This document shows, piece after piece, positions 29,773 through 38,279 of a stretch of 64,000 nucleotides of DNA. The notes under the pieces are model-generated. The model was not told the DNA's origin, did not search any database, and was given only the letters and a program-made list of their open reading frames with translations. The translations under genes were made by a program, and so were the position numbers. This DNA is from a virus (lineage: Duplodnaviria; Caudoviricetes): the IMG/VR virus record IMGVR_UViG_3300025679_000005; one strand, written 5' to 3'. Each line of letters opens with the position of its first letter. The stretch's first letter is position 1.

Positions 29773-29808
29773 GACTAGTAGAACGGATCGGATGAGAGGA
29801 AGTTAAGG
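29773..29808 (-). promoter_or_regulatory. Repeated promoter-like motif (no start codon at +1)
   Basis: CCTTAACTTCCTCTCATCCGATCCGTTCTACTAGTC. Confidence 0.7.
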
Positions 29809-29870
29809 GCTCATCCTGCCATTTGGCAGGGAGAATGGCAGGATGGACTGCGGGGTGCTTCTGGTTCTTG

Positions 29871-29938
29871 ATCACGGCACAGGGATCGAACCTGTGATGC
29901 CCCTTGTTAGGAGGTATGTTGCCACTACATTAACCGTG
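29871..29938 (-). tRNA. tRNA-like element with shortened anticodon arm (possible pseudo-tRNA, loop CTAACAA)
   Basis: Acceptor TCACGGT/GCCGTGA, D arm ATGT-AGTGGCA-ACAT, T arm ACAGG-TTCGATC-CCTGT; only 19 nt between the D and T arms; no CCA. Confidence 0.55.
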
Positions 29939-30375
29939 AAACCGCGAAGGACATGCATATCCTCAACTGGGCCGCTCGCTAGCTAGACTTTGCAACCTTG
30001 CAGACTAGTACGGTCGGGGGCGTGGGGAAGTTAAGGGGCTTCTCAGTAAACGGACATCTTCTGGACGTTGACCCCACCTCTTGGGGCCAACATATCGATC
30101 AGCATTCGGCCCTTTGCAAGAATCGTTTCAGGAACGCCTGGCCCTTGGACGATAGTGGCCTCAGGGTAATACAGCCTCTGTGAGGGCCGTCATTGCGATC
30201 CAAGCCTCGTGTTGGGGTGCGGCCTCGCACCAGGCGAACATGCCCGGAGCCTTGGCTTCGTAGGTTTTTGCTTGAGCGTTCAATTCGATGGTGATTCCCA
30301 TCCCCTACTATACACCGACCTGAGAGCCTTCGCTCAAAGAAAAGTTGAACGTATACGATAGGTTGCGTGGAGGGG

Positions 30376-30792
30376 TTAAGGGGCTTCTTTCGGACGAACG
30401 ATCAGCGTTTGACATCCGCCGTAGACCCAAGCCTTGGCGTGGTATTCTTGGGAACGACATCTTTTCCAAGAGGGGTCTATGATACGGCCTCGCTTGTCTG
30501 GGTCCCAAACTAGGCAATGCCACAGGCCTTCCCAGTAGGGGGTGTGCGCCTTTAAGTCAAGGAAGAGGATGGCGCTTGAGCTGAAGTCAAAGTAGTCGGT
30601 CTTTCGAACGCTATACCCATAGCTACGCAGGATCTTGACCATATGCGTAGTGTAGAGGCCGGGGTCTGACACTTGTCGCCAGCCCCGTCCGAAGGCCCGC
30701 TTCATCACGGCGTTGTAGGGCTGTCCCACAATGGTGGCTATCGCTGCCACGGCACAACCTAGGGGGTGGGGCTGTTCGACTCGGAGGTGCAT
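30376..30792 (-). CDS. Peptidase C39-like protein
   Basis: VEQPHPLGCAVAAIATI (Gln...Cys) and a downstream HCLVWD (His). Confidence 0.65.
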   Translation of the reverse strand: MHLRVEQPHPLGCAVAAIATIVGQPYNAVMKRAFGRGWRQVSDPGLYTTHMVKILRSYGYSVRKTDYFDFSSSAILFLDLKAHTPYWEGLWHCLVWDPDKRGRIIDPSWKRCRSQEYHAKAWVYGGCQTLIVRPKEAP

Positions 30793-31075
30793 CTTCTTGG
30801 GGGTCTACACCAAGGCTACCAACCTAAGCTTGGGTGTAGGGCAACTCTTCTTATGGAGCTGCAACAGCTTCTTGAGCCCTTTGCCCTTGGGGGCCACGGA
30901 TGTGTTGCAGACGGTGCAGACCCAATGGGGCGTGGTCTGGGGAGGCATCACCATCCATACACCAGAGTAAATTCCACGTATATCGAAAGTCATGTCCTAG
31001 AGTTCTTGTTTTCGGCGATCACTAGGCTCGGAAATAGGGCCTTAAGAAGCCCGCCTCATGGCCGTATCTGTGGCC

Positions 31076-31402
31076 ATGACCAAACTCCTCATTGTCGACG
31101 AAGTTCACAGCAACATCCCCATGTCAGACGGCATTCGAGACCAGATCACGGCAGGCGTCTACGATAATCCGCTGGAAGTTCCTTGGGGCGACCTCAAGAC
31201 CAATCCCGAGGGTTTTGGGGCATACTCCAAAGTAGAGGATGGGCTGATTGCCAAGTTCAAGGCCGATGCTCTCGAAGAGGTGGGTCTCACCGACCATCCC
31301 AAGGCGGATCGGATCTGGGACAAGGCCTGGGATGAGCGAGCCGACGAGGGGATCTGGGAGGTTTTCGATGAACTGGAAGAACTTGCGGACCTGATCCGAT
31401 AG
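31076..31402 (+). CDS. Acidic hypothetical protein
   Basis: Start assigned by variant motif TTAAG-N16-CGTA-N9-ATG. Confidence 0.65.
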   Translation: MTKLLIVDEVHSNIPMSDGIRDQITAGVYDNPLEVPWGDLKTNPEGFGAYSKVEDGLIAKFKADALEEVGLTDHPKADRIWDKAWDERADEGIWEVFDELEELADLIR

Positions 31403-31403
31403 C

Positions 31404-31439
31404 CCTTAACTTCCACCCTCGGCTTCCGTTCTACTGATC
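31404..31439 (+). promoter_or_regulatory. Repeated promoter-like motif
   Basis: CCTTAACTTCCACCCTCGGCTTCCGTTCTACTGATC then ATG 31440. Confidence 0.75.
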
Positions 31440-31640
31440 ATGTCCACCAAGATCACCCTCGAAGAACTGATTGACCGTGTCGGCGCCCACGATGACATGG
31501 CGATGTCCCGGACCGAGGCCGGTCGTATCGCTTACTGCAAAGTCATTGGGGACATCATGGCTGACGCCGGCTGGGACATTGACGAGTACGAGCTGGCTTT
31601 GGCTGACCGCATCGGTGAGCTGCGAGCCAAGGGGCTCTGA
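31440..31640 (+). CDS. Hypothetical protein
   Basis: Starts at the motif. Confidence 0.7.
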   Translation: MSTKITLEELIDRVGAHDDMAMSRTEAGRIAYCKVIGDIMADAGWDIDEYELALADRIGELRAKGL

Positions 31641-31917
31641 TTCCCCTTAACTTTCCAAATAACCCCCGCTTGAAAGAAGACCATGCCCACCATTTCCCCC
31701 ATTGCTGACCGCGTTTACGCCCTCAATGAGTTCAAGGCCCCTCTCAAGAGCGGTCGCATCCACAGGGCCATTCGAGCCCGCCTCTTCGGCAACGATAGCC
31801 TTGTCAAAGAGGCTTGGGAAGTCGAGGCCATGGAGGCGGTTTGCCATCGCAACCGTCGCCGTACCAACCTCCACTTCAAACGCTCGGCCAATAGCCGATG
31901 ACCTTCCTCAAAGCCCT

Positions 31918-32115
31918 TCAGGGCCTATCGGGGGCCGACGACACCCTCTTGCCACCGGGGTCGGCGAAGCCTACGCCGTCGATGAGGTCGTCATCAAGGT
32001 CAGCGTCGAAGTCCAGCTGACGTTCGCCATCGAGGTCCGCATCCTCGTCACGATCACCGTCCATCTCGTAATCGAAGTCGTTGTCGTATTCCAGCTCGCT
32101 GTCTTCGTAGTTCAT
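31918..32115 (-). CDS. Very acidic small protein
   Basis: D/E-rich; starts at the motif. Confidence 0.65.
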   Translation of the reverse strand: MNYEDSELEYDNDFDYEMDGDRDEDADLDGERQLDFDADLDDDLIDGVGFADPGGKRVSSAPDRP

Positions 32116-32151
32116 GCCCAGTAGAACGGATCCACTAGCGGGAAGTCAAGG
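32116..32151 (-). promoter_or_regulatory. Repeated promoter-like motif (TTGAC variant)
   Basis: CCTTGACTTCCCGCTAGTGGATCCGTTCTACTGGGC then ATG 32115. Confidence 0.75.
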
Positions 32152-32317
32152 AACCTAGCGGGAACGTCGGTGACTATCAACGTCCGCTCTGAAGTCAGCT
32201 CGATGTAAGTCCGTACCCTATAACGGTTCTTGACCGTTGAAGCAGCCCACTTGAAGAGTGCTTCATCCGGCGCCTTGATTCGAATCGGCTGGCCGGAGTA
32301 GTAGGCGCTGATTCGCC

Positions 32318-32560
32318 TCACTTCTGCTGGACCTTGAGGCAGCCCTTGCAGACCCAGATCTTGGGGTCGCCAATTTGGGCCTTAGGGGCCTTCTGGGTGG
32401 CCCAGGCACGCTTGTGGGCTTGCTCGGCGGCATCCCCTGGCTCAGTCCCTGTGTGCGAGCACATGGTCTTGCAGAGGTCACATTGGGCCACATAGGTCGG
32501 GGCGGAGTAGCCCTTGACCGGATGGGTGTATCGGATGGTCGGATGTTCGATGATTGACAT
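32318..32560 (-). CDS. Zn-finger protein
   Basis: CDLC...WVCKGC. Confidence 0.6.
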   Translation of the reverse strand: MSIIEHPTIRYTHPVKGYSAPTYVAQCDLCKTMCSHTGTEPGDAAEQAHKRAWATQKAPKAQIGDPKIWVCKGCLKVQQK

Positions 32561-33467
32561 TGCTTCTGTCTACGGCCTAGTGGAGGGATACTTTACACCA
32601 ACTCGTCCTTTTTCGGGGCGAGAATGAGCCAGCGGGCGAAATCAGCGGTGTCGGGGAGCTTCCCCTCACTCCAGGCCTTGAGGAAGGTGGCAGAGTCCAT
32701 GCCGTAACGATCCTCAAGCTCTGTGAGAACCTTCGCCCGCCATGGGGGTAGGAGCCTCTTCGGGGTACCTATTGCCTTCAAGTAGGCCTCTCGCTTCTTG
32801 CGAGACAAGAGGTTGAGTTCGCTCAATCTCACAGCTTCAAAGTCCCTGAACGCAGGGGTTGATCCCTAGTGGGGACCTGACCGGGTGGGAGCCGTGTCCA
32901 TTCACTTCGATGGTTCGCACGCTCCCAGATGCCGTCCTCGGGACTGACCTTGAAGGGGTTGACCATGACTCTGACCACGCGATCGGTCTTGGCAGCAGCT
33001 GACAGGATGGGGACGATCGCGTCTATTTCAGGCTCGTACTCTACCATGGTCTATCCTCGTAATCCTGCTCGACTGACTTCTTAGCCTCGTCCAGCGTCTC
33101 CCAACTACGCTCGATCATACGCTGGTAGACAGCCTCTTTGGGGAACGAGGCGTGCCAGCCATCTTGCCGCTCTACGTGGCCCCCTAGGAACCAGACACAG
33201 GCTTTCCTCACGTCATCCACTGAAAACATGTAGGTGACGTAGTCGTCCTCGCCTAGGACTTCCCAGGTCTTCATGGGGGCATGGCCGCACCACGTCCGAA
33301 GTCCTTGAAGGGGCTGAGGATGAAGAAGCTCACGCCCAAGCAGCTCAAAGGTGTTTGGGTCCTGGGATTGGCCCTGGATGCCCAAGGGCTCAATGATCAC
33401 CTAGTTAGCCAGAAGTTCGACCCAAAGACGGGGATCACGAGCTTCGTGTTCGAAAACGATCTTTAGG

Positions 33468-33503
33468 CCTTAACTTCCCCTGCCCGGCTCCGTTCTACTT
33501 ATC
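33468..33503 (+). promoter_or_regulatory. Repeated promoter-like motif
   Basis: CCTTAACTTCCCCTGCCCGGCTCCGTTCTACTTATC then ATG 33504. Confidence 0.75.
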
Positions 33504-33713
33504 ATGACCAAGATCATCATCATCGACGAGGGCCACGCATTCGTCTCCCCCGCCGGCCTCAATAAGTACCTCAGGGATCTCGCCTATGGTACCCCCAAGG
33601 TCTGCTCAGCCCCGACTTGCAAGCGCCTCGCCAGCTTCGAGTCGGCTACCGGCCTCTGTGGCCATTGCGAGGAGGCCCTCCAGGACCAGCTCGACTACAT
33701 GGATTCGCTATGA
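33504..33713 (+). CDS. Small Zn-finger protein
   Basis: CSAPTC...LCGHC. Confidence 0.65.
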   Translation: MTKIIIIDEGHAFVSPAGLNKYLRDLAYGTPKVCSAPTCKRLASFESATGLCGHCEEALQDQLDYMDSL

Positions 33714-34615
33714 TGACAATCGAGTTGAAACTCCTGATCGCAGTCTCGTTAACGTTAGCGGCTTGCTCGGCTCCCTTCACGACTGGAGCCCTTGGCTTGG
33801 CTACAGGTGATGCCGGAGCCGGTGGTGAAGCCGGAAGCCTTGAGGTGCCCCTTGAGGCCGGCTCAGGAGGCGGTATCGCTACTCCCTCCGGTGGCTCGGC
33901 TGGATCTACAGTAGGAGGGTCTGCGGGCAGTGCTTCAACGGCGGGCCTTGGTGGGTCCGAGACTACAGCAGGCTCAGGAGGAGTTGCCGGAGCTATCGTC
34001 CCCGCTGGCTCAGCTGGAGCCCCTCAAGGAGGCTCTGGAGGAGTCCCTACCATGACAGCTGGCTCTGGTGGAATGCCCCAAGGTGGATCCCATCAGGGAG
34101 GCTCAGGCGGGACGGCTACCGCTGGTTCTTCGGGATCCCCTCAAGGAGGTTCAGCTGGAATGCCTCAAGGTGGAGCTTCTGATTATGGGGTGGATGTTCT
34201 TGGAGACCGAACCTACCGGGGCTACCAATCCTGTTCCTGTGACGCCTCAGGGTTCACATGTCGGGACCTCTACCCCCCGACCAAGTCCGAGAGTGGGCTG
34301 ATTCCACCGGGGTGCTCTTGTGGTCCAGGCGAAGTATTTAGTTGCCAGGATCTGAGCCAAAACCTGCCTCAGGACTTCTGGGTCCAAATCCAGTGTGTCG
34401 GGACCTCGACCAAAGGAGCCGTTACGCTTCAACTCTATGACGGCCCTCCCACGCCCCGCTTCGTTGCCTGTGGGGACGTTATTGACGAGGAGACCGTCCG
34501 CTTCGGCGGCGGTACCATCCCCCTCCTACTGCTGGAGGGCGGTTTGAACGACACCACCTATAGCTTTCCCGTAGGAGGCTCTGACCTCATCGTTTTGACG
34601 GTCCAACTGAACTGA
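33710..34615 (+). CDS. Lipoprotein with long Gly/Ser linker and Cys-rich C-terminal domain
   Basis: Lipobox LAAC; GGSAG low-complexity tract; CSC/C pattern. Confidence 0.75.
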   Translation: MMTIELKLLIAVSLTLAACSAPFTTGALGLATGDAGAGGEAGSLEVPLEAGSGGGIATPSGGSAGSTVGGSAGSASTAGLGGSETTAGSGGVAGAIVPAGSAGAPQGGSGGVPTMTAGSGGMPQGGSHQGGSGGTATAGSSGSPQGGSAGMPQGGASDYGVDVLGDRTYRGYQSCSCDASGFTCRDLYPPTKSESGLIPPGCSCGPGEVFSCQDLSQNLPQDFWVQIQCVGTSTKGAVTLQLYDGPPTPRFVACGDVIDEETVRFGGGTIPLLLLEGGLNDTTYSFPVGGSDLIVLTVQLN

Positions 34616-34619
34616 TTGC

Positions 34620-34655
34620 CCTTAACTTCTTCGAACTCGATCCGTTCTACTGAGT
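34620..34655 (+). promoter_or_regulatory. Repeated promoter-like motif (followed by GTG-TAA and a structured leader)
   Basis: CCTTAACTTCTTCGAACTCGATCCGTTCTACTGAGT. Confidence 0.7.
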
Positions 34656-34790
34656 GTGTAAGATCGGGAAAACAGCGAGGGTCCTGCGGCCTCGTTGATA
34701 GCCCACTGACCGCAGGATGTAGCGGCTTCCCAGGCGACGGACCTTGGAAACCTCTCTGGTAAGCCGCTACGCTATTCTTCAAGGAACCCA
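34656..34790 (+). ncRNA. Candidate structured leader (pseudoknot plus hairpin)
   Basis: CAGCGAGG/CCTCGTTG stem whose loop TCCTGCGG pairs with CCGCAGGA; then a GTAGCGGCTT/AAGCCGCTAC stem. Confidence 0.45.
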
Positions 34791-35201
34791 ATGACCGAAT
34801 ACCTCAAGTTCCAAGCAACGATGACCAAAGCCTACGAGGGCTACACGGAAAAGATGGACCTCAAGGACTTCTACGCTTCGCTCAACCCCTGGACTCGCTC
34901 AGTGGTTGCCTTTGGTAACCTCAATTACCAGGTCGAGAACGGTGGCTTCTCCCAATGGCACGACAACGGCTATTACGTGGGCCTAGATGCCATCCTCCAC
35001 GGTCTGATCCGCTTGGACACCCCAGAGGCCGGGGAGATGCTCAATCTCATCCAATCGGCTCGTGACCGCCTCCACTACCTCGACAAGCTCGATGAGGACG
35101 AGGACGACAATTGGGCGGGCTCAAAGCTCGACACCCTGGACTCCGCCTTCTACGCCCTCGCCCCGAAGGTCTTGCAGCAGATCGAAGATTCGTTGCCCTG
35201 A
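34791..35201 (+). CDS. DUF4375 (DMP19-like) acidic protein
   Basis: QVENGGFSQWHDN motif; acidic composition. Confidence 0.65.
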   Translation: MTEYLKFQATMTKAYEGYTEKMDLKDFYASLNPWTRSVVAFGNLNYQVENGGFSQWHDNGYYVGLDAILHGLIRLDTPEAGEMLNLIQSARDRLHYLDKLDEDEDDNWAGSKLDTLDSAFYALAPKVLQQIEDSLP

Positions 35202-35202
35202 C

Positions 35203-35238
35203 CCTTAACTTCAGTGGGGTCGATCCGTTCTATTGATC
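35203..35238 (+). promoter_or_regulatory. Repeated promoter-like motif
   Basis: CCTTAACTTCAGTGGGGTCGATCCGTTCTATTGATC then ATG 35239. Confidence 0.75.
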
Positions 35239-35625
35239 ATGCCCCACAAGATGACCGTCGTCGAGCACATCGAAGCCAACTCCGCCTCGTTGTCCCTCTC
35301 CCATTGTGACGGCCTCTACCATGTCTCCTGCATCCGCCTGACCCCGGCCGGTGAGCTGGACCACGATGTCGAGCTGTATGTGAAGTCCTTCACGGAAGCG
35401 GCTTTAGCGGCCAAGATCTACATCGAGCTGGAAGCGGCCTTGAAAATGGCAGAGAGATACTGCTACAAGGCCAAGGCCCGCCTTCTCATGGGGGTCGCGA
35501 AGATGACGGAAACCAACCACTCCCTGGCAATCGATGAACTTCCTCAAATACGCAGGGATTGCCCTAGCCACCCTTGCGTTCGGCACCCTCCTCTTCATTT
35601 TCCTTGTCCCGGACCCATTGGATGA
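35239..35625 (+). CDS. Hypothetical protein
   Basis: Start assigned by the motif. Confidence 0.65.
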   Translation: MPHKMTVVEHIEANSASLSLSHCDGLYHVSCIRLTPAGELDHDVELYVKSFTEAALAAKIYIELEAALKMAERYCYKAKARLLMGVAKMTETNHSLAIDELPQIRRDCPSHPCVRHPPLHFPCPGPIG

Positions 35626-35677
35626 TGCCCCAAACCCAGGGGTCTACACCCCTCGTCATTAAATTGATCATTCAGGT

Positions 35678-35713
35678 ACTTAACTTCTGACCACTCGATC
35701 CGTTCTACTGATC
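35678..35713 (+). promoter_or_regulatory. Repeated promoter-like motif
   Basis: ACTTAACTTCTGACCACTCGATCCGTTCTACTGATC then ATG 35714. Confidence 0.75.
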
Positions 35714-35845
35714 ATGACGAACGAGAATGGCCTCCTCCCCTGCTCCCCCGAAGCAGCTGCTCACGAAGCCCGGATCGCCGCCTACTACGCGAAAAAGGCC
35801 GCCTACCTCCCCAAAGCCTACGCTGCCAACGCCCCGAAGAAATGA
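35714..35845 (+). CDS. 43-aa protein coupled to the sigma gene (not in track)
   Basis: MTNENGLLPCSPEAAAHEARIAAYYAKKAAYLPKAYAANAPKK; TGA overlaps ATG 35842. Confidence 0.6.
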   Translation: MTNENGLLPCSPEAAAHEARIAAYYAKKAAYLPKAYAANAPKK

Positions 35846-36459
35846 CCATGAAAACCAAGCCCATCGCTCCCGAAGCTTCCAAAGCCCTGATCGCCCTGTA
35901 CACTCCCTTGGTTCATAAAATAGCGGGAGGCTTCCAAAGGAAGCTCCCTCGCAACGTCCTCCGTGAGGACTTGGTCGCGGCCGGAATGTGCGGCCTCTGG
36001 CAAGCCGTTCAGAATTTCAACAAATCCCCTGAATCCTTCGAATGGTACGTTCGTGTCCGTGTTCGTGGGGCGATCCTCGATGAGCTACGAGCCCAAGACT
36101 GGCTTCCCCGTCGTGCACGAGCTGCGGCCGAAGCGGCTAGCGGTACCGATGGGTACGTCCCGCCCCCGGCTGTCGTCCGCTTCGATGACGTGAGTGAATG
36201 GGAGCAGAATCGTTGCCTGACCGATTCCTCCAGCAGCGAAGCCGCCACCGCTGCCAAGCAGACCTTGGACACGATCCTCTTGGCCGTTGACACGCTGCCG
36301 GAGCGGGAACGCTTCATCGTCGCTCAACACTACTTCAAGGGTATGAAATTCAAGGACATCGCCGTGGAGATGCACGTCAGCGAACCCCGCATATCCCAGC
36401 TCCACGCTAGGGCAATGGCAAGGCTTCGTGCCCAAGCACACCTGAGTGCGTCCACGTGA
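35842..36459 (+). CDS. Sigma-70 family factor, FliA/WhiG-like
   Basis: Region 2 EDLVAAGMCGL...RVRGAILDELRAQDWLPR; region 4 LPERER...KDIAVEMHVSEPRISQLHARA. Confidence 0.9.
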   Translation: MTMKTKPIAPEASKALIALYTPLVHKIAGGFQRKLPRNVLREDLVAAGMCGLWQAVQNFNKSPESFEWYVRVRVRGAILDELRAQDWLPRRARAAAEAASGTDGYVPPPAVVRFDDVSEWEQNRCLTDSSSSEAATAAKQTLDTILLAVDTLPERERFIVAQHYFKGMKFKDIAVEMHVSEPRISQLHARAMARLRAQAHLSAST

Positions 36460-36610
36460 ACTACGAATACCGAACGGTCACGGGTGACTACACGTATCCT
36501 GGGGCCTCTACCCTCCTCAAGAAGTACCCCGAGCCCGGCTGGGAACTGTGGGAGTACGCTCCGCATTACTGGTTCTGGAGACGCCCCATCTCGGTGTAAG
36601 ATCAAGGTCT

Positions 36611-37027
36611 ATGGCAACCCCCAAGAAAAAGGCCAAACGGCTCAAGACCCTCGTGATCAAAGAGTCAAGATGGCTTCGCTACGGGTCTACACGCCCATCG
36701 GCTCTCTATGCGAAGAGCCTTAAAGGTAAGGGCCTCCCCGGGGACATGTGCTGCCTAGGCTTCTTGGCCCAAGCCTGTGGCGCAACTTCTAGGCAGATCG
36801 AGGCCGCCGTCCGCCCTCAGGATGTGCCCAACATCAAATGGCCCAAAGGCGCCCTAAAGACCAGACATGGCCGTCAAGAAGATACCCTGTGGACGCAGAT
36901 GGCCATCAGGATCAATGATAGACCTTCGATCCTCCACACGGGAATTGATACGCCCCTCGAAGAACGTAAGGCACGCCTCACTAAGCATTTCCGAAAGATC
37001 GGTTTCAAGCTAGTATTCGTGCCGTAG
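36611..37027 (+). CDS. Hypothetical phage protein
   Basis: WLRYG...MCCLGFLAQACG; GGTGTA motif 12 nt upstream of ATG 36611. Confidence 0.65.
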   Translation: MATPKKKAKRLKTLVIKESRWLRYGSTRPSALYAKSLKGKGLPGDMCCLGFLAQACGATSRQIEAAVRPQDVPNIKWPKGALKTRHGRQEDTLWTQMAIRINDRPSILHTGIDTPLEERKARLTKHFRKIGFKLVFVP

Positions 37028-37030
37028 CCA

Positions 37031-37960
37031 ATGCCCGACAACGATCATCTGTTCTTCCTGGAGCGTGACGAGGGAAGCCGCTTGGCGCTGGAAGAACCCC
37101 CCTTGGCACGCCCAGCAGAGCCCCTACCGTCACCCACGTTCACGCTCGTCTTGACCGTATCCGGTCCGGACGTTCACGGCCTCGAAATGGTCGTTGGCCA
37201 AGCCGACTTCCAAAGGGCCATGGACAGAGGCGACATCGTTATAGGGGGGGTGGACACCCGCGCCCACTTCGAGGTCATTCAGCCCGTCACGTTCGGTCAG
37301 TTTATCCTCGCCCTGGGAACAAGATTCTCGATCCGGCAATCGAATACGTACTCAACCGTTCGCCCAGGGGTCACACATCCGAATCGGGGAGCCCTCGCAG
37401 TCGACGCCCAAAACCTGAGAAATTACATCGCCTGGGGTTGGCTCATCCCAACGACGCCCGAAGGTCCTCTGTACCGTACCCCGAGAGGCTTCAATATCGT
37501 ATTGGTCAACAGCCACGTCATCCCCCTGATTGCTGACGAAGTCATTGAGGTCGTCACGCCGGTCGAGCCGAACCTCGATCTCGAACGGCCGGCCCTCACT
37601 ACGCAGGAGTTCCACACACCGTACCACTCCACAGCCGGCTTGGAGCTACCACCCGCACGCCCCGCTTGGATACGCAATGCCATTCGTGCCATAACAACCT
37701 CTCTTGCAGCAGACGGCCTAGGGGACGCCCAGATCCAACGAGTCATAAACCTTCTCCTCACACCCGGCTCTGGCCTAGAGCTTGCCCAAGCTCCAACCCC
37801 CTCTGATGATGAAGTCCTTGAGGCCATCACTCGTCGAAGAGACGCTGCTACTGTAGATGGCCAAGTCTTAGGGCCTGTCCTCAGAGTGACCCCACCAACG
37901 CCCGAGCCTGACAGACGCTCTGTGTGGGACAGACTAGGAGACGATGACGACCTAGGATGA
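37031..37960 (+). CDS. C-terminal-tag protein (RSVWDRLGDDDDLG)
   Basis: 309-aa ORF with the subterminal helix LGDAQIQRVINLLLTPG. Confidence 0.75.
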   Translation: MPDNDHLFFLERDEGSRLALEEPPLARPAEPLPSPTFTLVLTVSGPDVHGLEMVVGQADFQRAMDRGDIVIGGVDTRAHFEVIQPVTFGQFILALGTRFSIRQSNTYSTVRPGVTHPNRGALAVDAQNLRNYIAWGWLIPTTPEGPLYRTPRGFNIVLVNSHVIPLIADEVIEVVTPVEPNLDLERPALTTQEFHTPYHSTAGLELPPARPAWIRNAIRAITTSLAADGLGDAQIQRVINLLLTPGSGLELAQAPTPSDDEVLEAITRRRDAATVDGQVLGPVLRVTPPTPEPDRRSVWDRLGDDDDLG

Positions 37961-38097
37961 ACGGCAACAGGGTATAGCCTGACCCATGCAAGGGCGAAGC
38001 CCGGGAGCGTAGCGACCCTGGGTATGCTATGACCCACCGCCGGTAATCCAGTGACCTTGAAATCCGGCCCATTAACCAAACGGCGGTCCGCGATCCC

Positions 38098-38256
38098 CTA
38101 AAATGGCGTATCCAGTATGCGTCCCGCTTTTATCGGCAAAAGGGTAAAACCTAATTCGGAACCTGGGAAAGCACCCCTACCCTTATTTTTGGCTCGATTT
38201 CAAATCGGCTAAAATGGGGTAGGGGCTCAGAATTTTCCCTGGACCCGCCATTTTAG
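38098..38256. repeat. AT-richer palindromic intergenic element
   Basis: CTAAAATGGCG (38098) / CGCCATTTTAG (38246) inverted repeat and an imperfect palindrome at 38174-38225. Confidence 0.55.
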
Positions 38257-38279
38257 CCCAAATGTGCTATACTCAGCAC

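Noticed and set aside
36049-36059. 11-nt match of the TnpB copy 2 putative guide (CGGACACGAAC) to the minus strand of the FliA-like sigma gene
   Set aside because: The match stops at 11 nt. About 0.1 such hits are expected by chance (3 guides x 128 kb / 4^11), more given boundary uncertainty, and no TAM is known. Worth rechecking only if the TAM fits.
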